64,000 nucleotides of DNA from Mizuhopecten yessoensis (lineage: Eukaryota). The stretch's first letter is position 1, and every line of letters begins with the position of its first letter. Made by a program: the position numbers and the translations under genes. A model generated the notes under the pieces. The model had not been told where the DNA came from. It did not search any database and saw only the letters and a list, made by a program, of their open reading frames with translations. The DNA lies in contig NW_018404995.1 of assembly GCF_002113885.1 (NCBI RefSeq), forward strand, positions 395,248 through 459,247, in the 5' to 3' direction. Below are positions 33,701 through 46,498 of the stretch, piece by piece.

Positions 33701-36700
33701 AATCTCCAGGTACTGGCTGCAGGTCTGGTTTTCCTCCACCACCCAAACCTAGCTCATCCTTAAAAATTGACTATAAAAGGATGTTAAATATAACCTAACC
33801 TGTAATTTTGCTTCAGTGACTTGGTTAGACTTTCCATTCTGCTCCATAGGTGTGGGTTAGACTTTCCATTCTGCTCCATAGGTGTGGGTTAGACTTTGTA
33901 GTTAGCTCCATAGGTGTGGGTTAGACTTTCCATTCTGCTCCATAGGTGTGGTTAGACTTTGTAATTAGCTCCATAGGTGAGGGTTAGACTTTCCATTCTG
34001 CTCCATAGGTGTGGGTTAGACTTTCCATTCTGCTCCATAGGTGTGGGTTAGACTTTCCATTCTGCTCCATAGGTGTGGGTTAGACTTTCCATTCTGCTCC
34101 ATAGGTGTGGGTTAGACTTTCCATTCTGCTCCATAGGTGTGGGTTAGATTTTCCATTCTGCTCCATAGGTGTGGGTTAGATTTTCCATTCTGCTCCATAG
34201 GTGTGGTTAGACTTTGTAATTAGCTCCATAGGTGTGGGTTAGATTTTCCATTCTGCTCCATAGGTGTGGGTTAGACTTTCCATTCTGCTCCATAAGTGTG
34301 GTTAGACTTTGCAGTTAGCTCCATAGGTGTGGTTAGACTTTGCAGTTAGCTCCATAGGTGTGGTTAGACTTTGCAGTTAGCTCCTTAGGTTTGGTTAGAT
34401 TTTGCAGTTAGCTCCATAGGTGTGGTTAGATTTTGCAGTTAGCTCCATAGGTGTGGTTAGACTTTGCAGTTAGCTCCATAGGTGTGGTTAGACTTTCCAT
34501 TCTGCTCCATAGGTGTGGTTAGACTTTGCAGTTAGCTCCATAAGTGTGGTTAGACTTTGCAGTTAGCTCCATAGGTGTGGTTAGATTTTTCAGTTAGCTC
34601 CGTTGCTTTTTTTAATTGTTAACCACAAATATATCAAACTTCATATGTAGATACCCAGGGTACTTCCTCAAGAATACTTCTTGCTTATAAGATATGTAGA
34701 TCACTGTGATCTATATTTTCCACTTATTTTCCATACAGCTCCATTTCTTTGATATTTCTAGCTATACTGGAAGTTCCATAGTCATCAAAATTCATATTTG
34801 AATAAATCTTGAGAAATACTACACCAATAGATGAACAGTGTTTTATTTACATGAGTCAAATACTCAACTTTTCTCATTAAACTTTTGAAAATTCATAAAT
34901 TTTACATAGAACTTCATGAGATATGAATCACTATGTGAAAATGATAGATAAAACATTGGTTGAAATGTAGGTCATTGTGACTCATTTTTTCTGGTTCACC
35001 AACTTCAGTTAGATTTTGCATTAAATAACATTTCTTTGGTTAGATTTTGTGTGTAACAATATTTTACGTCAAAGCAGAAATGGGGACATATGCATGTTTT
35101 ACAAACATTTTCTACCATTTACTTATTTTTTTGTAAGTCTTTCTGTTGTGAGTTGTCATTTTGACTTTTAAATGATACTGGTTATATCAGTAAAAAATTA
35201 CATACAAGTATAAGAAATTGATAATGATTGTTATTTTGAAAGAGATAAAATGAATAGACACATAGGATGACAAACTTATTTTGTTCTTGTAGTGGATTCC
35301 TCTGATGGCCAAAAGTATGGGGGACAGGACGTAGCTTCAGCAGCTCGTGCCCTAGATCTGGCTCAGCAGGGAACAGCACACAGGTAGGTATCGTGCAAGG
35401 TCTAAACTAAGCTTGACAGGGAACAGCACACTGGTAGGTATCGTGTAAGGTCTAAACTAAGTTTGACAGGGAACAGCACACAGGTAGGTATCGTGCAAGG
35501 TCTAAACTAAGCTTGACAGGGAACAGCACACAGGTAGGTATCGTGTAAGGTCTAAACTAAGCTTGACAGGGAACAGCACACAGGTAGGTATCGTGTAAGG
35601 TCTAAACTAAGCTTGACAGGGAACAGCTCACTGGTAGGTATCGTGCAAGGTCTAAACTAAGCTTGACAGGGAACAGTTCACTGGTAGGTATCGTGCAAGG
35701 TCTAAACTAAGCTTGACAGGGAACAGTTCACTGGTAGGTATCGTGCAAGGTCTAAACTAAGCTTGACAGGGAACAGTTCACTGGTAGGTATCGTGCAAGG
35801 TCTAAACTAAGCTTGACAGGGAACAGTTCACTGGTAGGTATCGTGCAAGGTCTAAACTAAGCTTGACAGGGAACAGTTCACTGGTAGGTATCGTGCAAGG
35901 TCTAAACTAAGCTTGACAGGGAACAGTTCACTGGTAGGTATCGTGCAAGGTCTAAACTAAGCTTGACAGGGAACAGTTCACTGGTAGGTATCGTGCAAGG
36001 TCTAAACTAAGCTTGACAGGGAACAGTTCACTGGTAGGTATCGTGCAAGGTCTAAACTAAGCTTGACAGGGAACAGTTCACTGGTAGGTATCGTGCAAGG
36101 TCTAAACTAAGCTTGACAGGGAACAGTTCACTGGTAGGTATCGTGCAAGGTCTAAACTAAGCTTGACAGGGAACAGTTCACTGGTAGGTATCGTGCAAGG
36201 TCTAAACTAAGCTTGACAGGGAACAGTTCACTGGTAGGTATCGTGCAAGGTCTAAACTAAGCTTGACAGGGAACAGTTCACTGGTAGGTATCGTGCAAGG
36301 TCTAAACTAAGCTTGACAGGGAACAGTTCACTGGTAGGTATCGTGCAAGGTCTAAACTAAGCTTGACAGGGAACAGTTCACTGGTAGGTATTGTGCAAGG
36401 TCTAAACTAAGCTTGACAGGGAACCGCACACTGGTAGGTATCGTGCAAGGTCTAAACTAAGCTTGACAGGGAACCGCACACATGTAGGTACCGTGCAAGG
36501 TCTAAACTAAACTTGACAGGGAACAGTTCACTGGTAGGTATCATGCAAGGTCTAAACTAGACTCGGAGAAACAGCACAAACAAAAACAAAAAAATCAAAT
36601 TTTATAAAGCTGATTTCCCAAGATCAGGATTTAATGTAGATTGATCATATTAAATATTCTAATCAATTACCTTGTATAAAGCCCAGTATAACTGAATTGA

Positions 36701-39700
36701 TTTACAGTTGTTATATGTTTCAGCTACCGGACCCAAGGTGATGGTGGTAACGTGGACGTTGTGGCAAAGAAAGATGCCATGTCTACAGGTAAGCATGCCA
36801 TGTCAACAGGTAAGCATGCTATGTCAACAGGTAAGCTTCTCACAGTTTTACAGGGAACCAAACTAAAGTCTTGTGGTTAATCATCAGTCTAAAGCTGTAC
36901 ACAAGATTTGGAACTTCTGTCAGAGATTCACTGGGTTTGCCAAATGTGAAAATAGCAGTTTCATATGATCAAATATTCTGATAACTGTTGTGCTGTTAGG
37001 TTGAAAAACTTTGTCCTAGGATGCTTGAGTAGTGATAATAGTTACAATATCTTTTTCAGATGAACTTAAGCAGGCTGTGGTTTCCATGATGATGAGGAAG
37101 GACGAGGTCGAGGAACAGAACAGGTAAGACACAATGTCTGCTACATCTGTTAGCTGTAGGTTCTCAGTACACACTGAACAATACAGTTGGTGGAGGAACA
37201 GAACAGGTAAGACACGATGTCTGCTACATCTGTTAGCTGTAGGTTCTCAGTATACACTGAACAATACAGTTGGTGGAGGATAGATAACACTCTGTTTCAC
37301 CTCTGTAAATTTCCAGTGGGGGACAGGGGTTCTCAGTAACTAAAGTAAACTACAGTGGACTCTTACCTCTATAAGTTTCAGCTCTCTCAATTCAAAATAA
37401 AAAGATCATAATTATATGTTATAAATTAATTTCTGAATTTTAAGAAAAAAAGTTTAGAAGGGAAGTTTAAAAATGTGTTTTATAAGAAACCACTTACCTG
37501 TACTGTAATTGTTTAATATTATGTCCCTGTTGTAGGAATCTACAGGATACTCTACAGCTAGAGATGGAGACCTCATCCACACTACGGGCCGATATTGAGG
37601 ATATGAAGATAACCTCCCAAGCTAAACAAGAAAAGGAAGCTGCAAAATATCAAGCTCTACAGAAGTAAGCCTTAGTTTCCATAGTTTGATAATATATCTT
37701 ATAGAATTTAAAATATGGCCAATTTTCCTTATCTGTTTTCTCTTTGTTCAGATGATAGAACTATAAAGTATTAATTGGTTTTGACCTGATGAACAGTAAA
37801 ATATCAGAAATTGAAGTACAAAAAAAAAAAAAAAAAATTGTCAAGCAACGTAATGTAAATTACACCCGGTACATCAATTGATGTATGGTCTGTCATCTTT
37901 TCCAGTTGTATTAACGTCTGTGTTGCTATTATCTTCTCTAGCTTGGCTAATATATGTATGGTGTTGCAGGGAGAATGAACTACTAAAACATCAGCTGAGG
38001 CGCTATGTAAATGCAGTACAGATGCTGAGGGCTGAGGGCTCGCACATTGATGGTTGGTTCATTGTACATTTGTAATAGTAGTTATTTGCTAGTGGTCTCA
38101 TGTTTTTATAGTAATTGTCTTTATGTCACCAGTATAGACAGGTTGTGGTAGAGCTCTTTTGTGTATTTTCTTGTTCCTGTTTTATCTTAAATAAACAGGG
38201 AAATAAGAAATTTTATGGATGGTTTGTTGGTCTAGTGGATAGCATTCACCTTTCACCTAGACAGCAAGTGCTCTGTTTCCTGATTGGACGTGGAATATTG
38301 GGTCATCTGCCCGGCCATTCATGTTATTGTGCTACTTCTGTTTCCACCCACATAAAGACACCCTTTGCCCTTCCATCTGGGGGAACAAGAGTGAATTGAT
38401 ACAAGTTGAAAGATCTTGTATATCGTTTGTACTGTACACACTCTATTTGACTTGATTTTTGTATTTATGATACCATTATGATTTACAGACAATTTGGGTA
38501 TCCACTTAGATGACCCTCAACCCAACATACCACCAGCCAAGCCCAGTATAGACTACAGTCATGAAGCATCCGAGTATGAGAAGAAGTTGATACAGGTCAG
38601 TCTTTACTATGCTCATATTGGTTTTTGACATTTACCCTACCACAGTATGATTAAATCCAATTAGAATTTCAGGTTATCTGCTGACACTCCAATGTTCCGT
38701 AGACGGGGATCATGATTGACAGTCCAATGTTCCGTAGACGGGGATCATGATTGACAGTCCAATGTTCCGCAGACTGGGATCATGATTGACAGTCCAATGT
38801 TCCGCAGACGGGGATCATGATTGACAGTCCAATGTTCCGTAGACTGGGATCATGATTGACAGTCCAATGTTCCGTAGACGGGGATCATGATTGACAGTCC
38901 AATGTTCCGTAGATGGGGATCATGGTTGACAGTCCAATGTTCTGTAGACGGGGATCATGATTGACAGTCCAATGTTCCGTAGACGGGGATCATGATTGAC
39001 AGTCCAATGTTCCGTAGAGCTTTAGCTCAAGTGACCTATTGCTATCTGTCTTTGTCCGTCATGGTGCGTCGTCCGTTAACATTTTACATTTTCAACTTAA
39101 GCTGAAATACTGTCAAAGGGATTTCATTGATACTTCATGGGAATGTTACTGAAAACTCCCTAATATTTACAGTTCTAATAGGCCGTATTTACTGAAACTC
39201 AGTTTAGGAATGATCAACTCATTGTCCTGACAAATTAAGTTAAAGTTCGACTTAACTCAAATTTTGGTAGGGATGATTGACATCATTATCTCAACTTCAT
39301 ATTTCAACAACAAAAATGTATACTGCAAGACTCAGGTGACCATTAAGGCCCATGGGTCTCTTGTTTTACTAGTTGACCTTGTCTCTACCATTTGCCCTTG
39401 TGTGTACCACTTGACGTTACTTTTACTATTAATCCTTTCTCTACCACTTGACCTTATTTTGACCACTTGACCTTGTATTGACCTTTTGACTTTGTTTTTA
39501 CCAGGTGGCAGAGATGCATGGGGAACTGATGGAATTTAATGAGATGCTGCATCGGCAACTCAACAACAAGGATGCCATGTTACGCCGTGTTCAGCGAGAA
39601 CTAGTAGACCTTCGGGGACCGGTTAGTTTTCTTAAAACTAGTGGTCTCCAACCTTTAATGAGGAACCTGTCCTGAGGAGTCTCTCTAACTACCAGTTAAT

Positions 39701-42621
39701 AGTCTCTCTAACTACCAGTTAATAGTCTCTATGACCTCCAGTGAATAGTCTCTCTAACTACCAGTTAATAGTCTCTCGAACTACCAGTTAATAGTCTCTC
39801 TGACCTCCAGTGAATAGTCTCTCTAACTACCAGTTAATAGTCTCTCTAACTACCAGTTAATAGTCTCTCTAACTACCAGTTAATAGTCTCTCTAACTACC
39901 AGTTAATAGTCTCTCTAACTACCAGTTAATAGTCTCTCTAACTACCAGTTAATAGTCTCTCTAACTACCAGTTAATAGTCTCTCTAACTACCAGTTAATA
40001 GTCTCTCTAACTACCAGTTAATAGTCTCTCTAACTACCAGTTAATAGTCTCTATCTTAACCTCAAGATACAAGCCTCTATTTACTTTCTTGACCTCCAGT
40101 AACGAGGCTCTAATTTCCTGTTGTGAGCCCAATATATGATGATCTGTTTAGTCTAGTGAGACGAGTTTCTTTGACATTTTTTCAATAACAAATATTTATA
40201 AGCAACATTTATTTGATCCTTAAGTCTTGATAGCATCTCAAAGCAGCGAGTTTTAAGCATTATAAATGTTGTATGTATAATAATTGTAATTCAACTGTTA
40301 CATATTTATTACACTAGCTTATGGTTAAGTTTTCATGAATCATTACTGGTTGACGTGTTTATTTTAGCTTCCTCACGACCTACAGCTGGCAGACGAGACA
40401 TTGAGTATGGACATGGACAGGTAAGAGGATGAGGGCCACATTTTTTTTATTTAAAGACAAATTTGTGTGATGAAATATTATTGTTAAAGCAATTAAATAT
40501 TTTTTCCATACAGTTTAAGACTGATTATATGACATTCTGTTTTACATCTGTTTTAGCCTTTCTCTGCACCTGAACACTCTAGTTAATATCTGGATTCCCT
40601 CAGCTTTCCTCCAGGGAGCTTCCTCGGACCAGCATCATGTCTACCAGGTATAACATCTACAGCCCACACTACATACACACTAGATTTCTCCACTAGTCAT
40701 AAAGTTGTCTCCTGATTTACTTTTTTAATAAAAAAATTTGTCCCTTCAAGGCTATGATTTCTCTGTTTGACAGTCATGACGCCGTAGCACAATAGAAAGG
40801 AACATTTATAAGCAATAAATCACAGTACCACAGAAGTATGATGCCACAAACAGCTTTTCATGGAGGAACTAGCCTCTTGTGCATTATATGCTGCCAGGAT
40901 TAGCCAGAGTAGTGCTATAGACTTTGATACCTGTAATACTATAAACAGTTTGTTAAAAATTTTGTCATTCAGTTTTGATGATGTACATGCCGTGGTGAAA
41001 TGTATGCTGTCTGCCAACATTTTGCATGTCCACAGTTTCCTGTCTGCTGTTTTTAACCAAATTTAGAGAAATTTGTCACCAATCAAGGGTAGAAAATGTC
41101 ATGGTCAACTTGAGACAAATGAAAAGTAATGTACTGAAATGTTGTTCAAATATTTGATACTCTTAATGTTTATTGTTGCATTGTAATTCATGAAAAATGC
41201 AAAACTTTATATAAGACAGAAAAAGGTAATGGTACAGTTTATTTGTTAGAATTTCACTGTCTTAATTTGCTTCCAGATCTACTTAAGAATCCAGGATGAA
41301 GAATGGAATACATACAAGAGATTTAGCCAGTTTCATCAGTTCCACATCAAGTTAAAAAAGCAGTATCCAGCTATAAGTAGATATGAATTCCCACCGAAAA
41401 AGACTATTGGTAAAAAGGTTAGCATGTGTTATTGCCTGAATTTTTTAACTTACATACAAAAACAAGAAATTTCTTCATAGCCTGAATTTGTATTTTGTAT
41501 TATGTTGATAGTTATATAGTGAATTCATCTTAGTTCCCAGCTAGATAACTGGGATATTTATTTTTAGAAAAAGGAAAATCACTGGCTGGATAGTGAGACA
41601 GCTAGATAAAAAGGTGGCGAGACAGACACGTTCTAACTCCAGTACTTACTGAAAAACTATGCAGAAGTAGTTTGAACTCCTTAACATTTAACAAGCCCAT
41701 TCACACTGAATTCTACACTAATTATGAAAGTACATAATGTTAAAATTTAAGAGAACTTTTGGCTATTATTTTCCAGGTAGTGATGAAGGTGCAATGATGT
41801 GAATTCTGTTATGACGATTTGTACAATTTGGGGTGAAAGGTAATGCTAGCTTTGTTTGTGTATTCTAGGAAACCAAAGTAGTAGAGAATAGACGGAAGGT
41901 GTTCCAGACATATCTACGGAAAGTCATCAACCACCTCCTAGAGAAAGAGCCCACCCTAGCAGCTAACATCAACAAAGAAAGACTAGCACAGACTCTACCC
42001 TTCTTCAGGTGAGTTTGTGTCTGGCTCTGGTCAAAGCTATCCTTTTTAAGGTGTATGTATTTCTCACTCTGGATAAGACTCTTTTACATAGATCTATCAA
42101 TTTGCATCAGATTCAGATACTACCCTTCTTCAGATTTATAGATCTCACCCTGTTGTAATTGTCCAGACTATACCCTCCTTCAGGTGAACTCTGACTCTCT
42201 GTGGTCCATAATATATTGCCAGTACCGGGTACCCTTCAGTTGAGACCAACCACATTACACATCTTCAGATGAATATCACCATTAGGTCAAGCTTTGATCC
42301 TTTTCAAATATTGTCCACTAACATATGAAGTGTATAACAGGTTGCTTTCCAAGAAATCATAGTTCAGAAGTTTACTTTCATACCTCATTTTAAGTTCAAA
42401 GATTATGTGATATTGCTAACTATGTGGATTTTTTAACTGTGATTTTGAAATATGTAAGATAAACACTCTCTATGGTATTTGTACTTCTCAGTGACAAACC
42501 ACCAGAGAAGGATGTAAAGAAGAAAGGGATGAAGAAGTCCCAATCCTCGGCTAGTATTCAGGCCGCATCAACAGGCCAGTCTCAGGCAGCCTCTGCCCAA
42601 CCAGAGTACACAGGACTGTAG
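27752..42621 (+). CDS. SNX29: Sorting nexin-29 (RUN, coiled-coil and PX domains; about 779 aa, 22 coding exons)
   Basis: Exons 27752-27758, 28524-28588, 28754-28806, 29053-29133, 29459-29535, 30827-31001, 31499-31569, 31901-32074, 32348-32678, 33506-33600, 35293-35383, 36724-36788, 37060-37123, 37536-37664, 37970-38052, 38489-38595, 39505-39621, 40368-40420, 40557-40647, 41277-41417, 41869-42008, 42492-42621 (2340 nt, in frame). Motifs RLLDAVKQCQVRFGG, GRGRAWLRASLNEHSLERY, SILFAINIDN, VAEMHGELMEFNE, IWIPSAF, DEEWNTYKRF, FPPKKTIG. The 7-nt first exon is the least certain. Confidence 0.93.
29660..30040. repeat. Imperfect (CAT)n microsatellite
   Basis: catcatcat runs, densest at 29818-29926. 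Confidence 0.9.
33625..33800 (+). mobile_element. Degraded SINE-like fragment
   Basis: ctggttttcctccacca core and ggatgttaaa...aacctaacc tail resemble invertebrate tRNA-derived SINEs. Confidence 0.35.
33824..34600. repeat. 30-31 bp minisatellite
   Basis: ggttagactttccattctgctccataggtgtg and the variant ggttagactttgcagttagctccataggtgt, about 25 copies. Confidence 0.95.
35367..36560. repeat. 50-bp minisatellite beginning inside SNX29 exon 11 and including its donor
   Basis: cagggaacagttcactggtaggtatcgtgcaaggtctaaactaagcttga, about 24 copies. Confidence 0.95.
36774..36836 (+). repeat. Three 21-bp units, each carrying CAG|GTAAGC
   Basis: atgccatgtctacaggtaagc, atgccatgtcaacaggtaagc, atgctatgtcaacaggtaagc. 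Confidence 0.95.
38218..38420 (+). mobile_element. Degraded tRNA-derived SINE-like element
   Basis: A-box-like tggtctagtgg, then cacctttcacct and ctgtttccacccaca core. Confidence 0.35.
38683..39016. repeat. 35-bp minisatellite
   Basis: tgacagtccaatgttccgtagacggggatcatgat, about 9.5 copies. Confidence 0.95.
39020..39366 (+). mobile_element. Short HINE-like element, same family as 15826-16850
   Basis: gctcaagtgacc...gtccgtc...ctcaggtgaccattaaggcccatgggtctcttgtt. Confidence 0.7.
39678..40052. repeat. 23-bp minisatellite
   Basis: agtctctctaactaccagttaat, about 16 copies. Confidence 0.95.
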
Positions 42622-43959
42622 GCCTCCGACTGTCCGGTGACACTGGACCATGCAGATGTCCTCAGTTCATACCTACCAGAGTACACAGGACTGTAGACAT
42701 CACACTGTACAAGGCAGCATAAGGCCACAGAAGGGATACAGTACGTCCTGTAGACCTCCGACTCTATCAGGGACAGTCATGTTAGGTTGAAGGTTATACA
42801 CAATACATTACGGGAATTTCCTCACAAATCATTGTGGTCATATTACTTAGTTGCTGTTATCCTGCATAACATTGTCCTCAAATTTTGTGTTTGTTTCTGG
42901 TTAAAAGGGTACAAGATTACTACACTTTTGTTTAATTATGGACCAAGTTTTAACCATGCTATAAAATGTATTTTAAATAAGGTTTTGGCATTATTTTTCA
43001 TGAAGTTACAAGATTTTAATTAAAGAAAGTTGGATTAATAAATTCTGATCATATATAAGAACACTGAATTTAGAATTATAGATTTTGATACCCGTCATGT
43101 TACATCCCAGGCCAGTGCATGTGTTGTGTTGTCTATGGTAGGCAGTGTCCTGATATATGTTCATGATGAATACTTCATTTGTGTGCTTGTGCCCATATCA
43201 TCATGTTTTCATTGCTGACATTATTGTCTAATACATGTATACGTGTTCCTTTGATGTTTTATAGGTGCGAAGCCTTTAGAACACTCCCCCTCCCCCCAGT
43301 ACCCGGTTTATTTATTTTATGAAATGGGAACATTGTATCTTAATGTGTTAAAAGATTTCTAAAATGAAATAATGTAGCACAGAAAAAAGTATTTTATAGT
43401 ATATACTATCTGCGGGTATGAGGTCATGTCTAGGTAGACTTTATTGGAGTCAGTTGGTTGTATTGTATCATACATTCACAAACAAATATACTTCACAAGA
43501 AATTTTAAGTGAATGCTTTTATATCTAATGTACATATATAATTCAATTGAACTAAAATTATTTCAGAACTTATGTTTATAGAAAAATTTGATATGAAAGA
43601 AATTATTCATGTAAAATTTAAAAATAGATATAATCTTAATCTTCATCTAATTAAATAAGAATTTTCATGTTAAACTTCAGTTCAAAATTCTACCTTATTG
43701 AAATTCTTAACATTTTTATATAGTATAGTATAAATACAGATAAATGCATGAATGCGGACCTGTAAGGGAGAGATGTATGGGTATGTATGGGTTGTGTATT
43801 TTACATGCAGGGCTAATCACATGTTAGTTGTGCTCTGACACTGTAATCTCGGGCATAAACCGTTCAGGCAATAACATTACATCTTCTAGTCAGCTCTTTT
43901 TAAAGGGGTGGAAGATTTCCTTCAATAAAAGCGTTACGATTGAATGCAGTGCAAACATA

Positions 43960-44755
43960 TTTATATCTGCCAATCACTGTGTCCCATCCTATATTCATAC
44001 TTGCCAATCACTGTGTCCCATCCTATATGTATATCTGCCAATCACTGTGTCCCATCATATATACCTGCCAATCACTGGGTCCCATCCTATATGTATATCT
44101 GCCAATCACTGTGTCCCATCATATATACCTGCCAATCACTGGGTCCCATCCTATATTTATATCTGCCAATCACTGTGTCCCATCCTATATTTATATCTCC
44201 CAATCACTGTGTCCCATCCTATATATATATCTGCCAATCACTGTGTCCCATCCTATATGTATATCTGCCAATCACTTTGTCTCATTCTATATGTATATCT
44301 GCCAATCACTGTGTCCCATCCTATATGTATATCTCCCAATCACTGTGTCCCATCCTATATGTATATCTGCCAATCACTTTGTCCCATCCTATATGTATAT
44401 CTCTCAATCACTGTGTCCCATCCTATATGTATATCTGCCAATCGCTGGGTCCCATCCTATATGTATATCTGCCAATCGCTGGGTCCCATCTTATATGTTT
44501 ATCTGCCAATCACTGTGTCCCATCCTATATGTATATCTGCCAATCGCTGGGTCCCATCCTATATGTATATCTGCCAATCGCTGGGTCCCATCCTATATGT
44601 ATATCTGCCAATCACTTTGTCCCATCCTATATGTTTATCTGCCAATCACTGGGTCCCATCCTATATGTATATCTACCAATCACTGTGTCCCATCCTATAT
44701 GTATATCTGCCAATCGCTGGGTCCCATCCTATATGTATATCTGCCAATCACTTTG
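43960..44755. repeat. 35-bp minisatellite
   Basis: atctgccaatcactgtgtcccatcctatatgtat units, about 23 copies. Confidence 0.95.
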
Positions 44756-45589
44756 CCCCGTATATACTTAATGAACATGATGACTGGTGCTTATTGCTAC
44801 ATGTCTGTATATAAATGTATCCATCATATGACTTATTTTGCATGAGATTATCATTATTATTGCTATGACTGTTCCATAGATTTGCATGCATCTGAATATT
44901 ATTGAACATGTGTCTTGTATGATGCAATGTGCCGTCAGACTCAATTACCCCACCTCTCTTCTCAATTATAATGTAGAATATACTGTATACTGGGAATATT
45001 TTGCTGTGATTTAACTTTTGCATTTTCCATCCTCCCCAATGAGGGTGAATTTATAATGACAGGGAGTATTAGTACACACCATACAATATGTGATTAGTTC
45101 ATGTGAAAGGCGAAACTAACATCAGGCGAACATGGATTTTATCGTTAAACGGTGAATATTTGACTAGGGGAAAATGTCCTGGTATACAGTATCACTGTAA
45201 GTTGAATTTTAATTTGTTACATACAGGGTTCTGATGTTTTATCACAGATTCAACAGAAACAATTTCACATGCTTATTTATTATTTTTGTATTATTATAAT
45301 AAATATTGATGATATGGTACAAATACTGTAAGCATATTTACTCTATACTTAAGCTGGCACTGGAATAAATTATCCCATATTATCAAGATATAATTAACTT
45401 GATATCATATAAACAATACCAATGTCTACAAGGGATTTTTACTGTGTTTACCCAGAAATAAACCCATGTGTGGCAATAAGCCCACACATGTCTACTTCAA
45501 TGCAAACAAATACCATTTCATTGTTCAGTGCAGTAAGTGCACTCCCTACTTTGAGTCAGAAATTATGTGTTGACACTCTGGGCTTTTTT

Positions 45590-46498
45590 AGGATAAATGT
45601 GGCAATCATGTGACAACCAAGCCCTATTGTAGGATAAAGGTGGTGATTATGTGACACCNNNNNNNNNNNNNNNNNNNNNNNNNNNNNNNNNNNNNNNNNN
45701 NNNNNNNNNNNNNNNNNNNNNNNNNNNNNNNNNNNNNNNNNNNNNNNNNNNNNNNNNNNNNNNNNNNNNNNNNNNNNNNNNNNNNNNNNNNNNNNNNNNN
45801 NNNNNNNNNNNNNNNNNNNNNNNNNNNNNNNNNNNNNNNNNNNNNNNNNNNNNNNNNNNNNNNNNNNNNNNNNNNNNNNNNNNNNNNNNNNNNNNNNNNN
45901 NNNNNNNNNNNNNNNNNNNNNNNNNNNNNNNNNNNNNNNNNNNNNNNNNNNNNNNNNNNNNNNNNNNNNNNNNNNNNNNNNNNNNNNNNNNNNNNNNNNN
46001 NNNNNNNNNNNNNNNNNNNNNNNNNNNNNNNNNNNNNNNNNNNNNNNNNNNNNNNNNNNNNNNNNNNNNNNNNNNNNNNNNNNNNNNNNNNNNNNNNNNN
46101 NNNNNNNNNNNNNNNNNNNNNNNNNNNNNNNNNNNNNNNNNNNNNNNNNNNNNNNNNNNNNNNNNNNNNNNNNNNNNNNNNNNNNNNNNNNNNNNNNNNN
46201 NNNNNNNNNNNNNNNNNNAGGGCTTATTGTAGGATAAAGGTGGTAATCATGTGACACCCAGGGCTTATTGTAAGATAAAGGTGGTAATCATGTGACACCC
46301 AGGGCTTATTGTAGGATAAATGTGGTAATCATGTGACACCCATGGCTTATTGTAAGATAAAGGTGGTAATCATGTGACAACCAGGGCTTATTGTAGGATA
46401 AAGGTGGTAATCATGTGACAACCAGGGCTTATTGTAGGATAAAGGTGGTAATCATGTGACACCCAGGGCTTATTGTAGGATAAAGGTGGTAATCATGT
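45590..46498. repeat. 40-bp minisatellite spanning the assembly gap
   Basis: agggcttattgtaggataaaggtggtaatcatgtgacacc on both sides of the N run. Confidence 0.9.
45659..46218. other. Assembly gap (560 N)
   Basis: Run of n characters. Confidence 1.

Noticed and set aside
43828-44845. Three long overlapping ORFs of 275-328 aa
   Set aside because: They arise from a stop-poor 35-bp minisatellite; the same peptides cycle through all frames.
45556-46257. ORFs of 193-233 aa
   Set aside because: They span the N gap.
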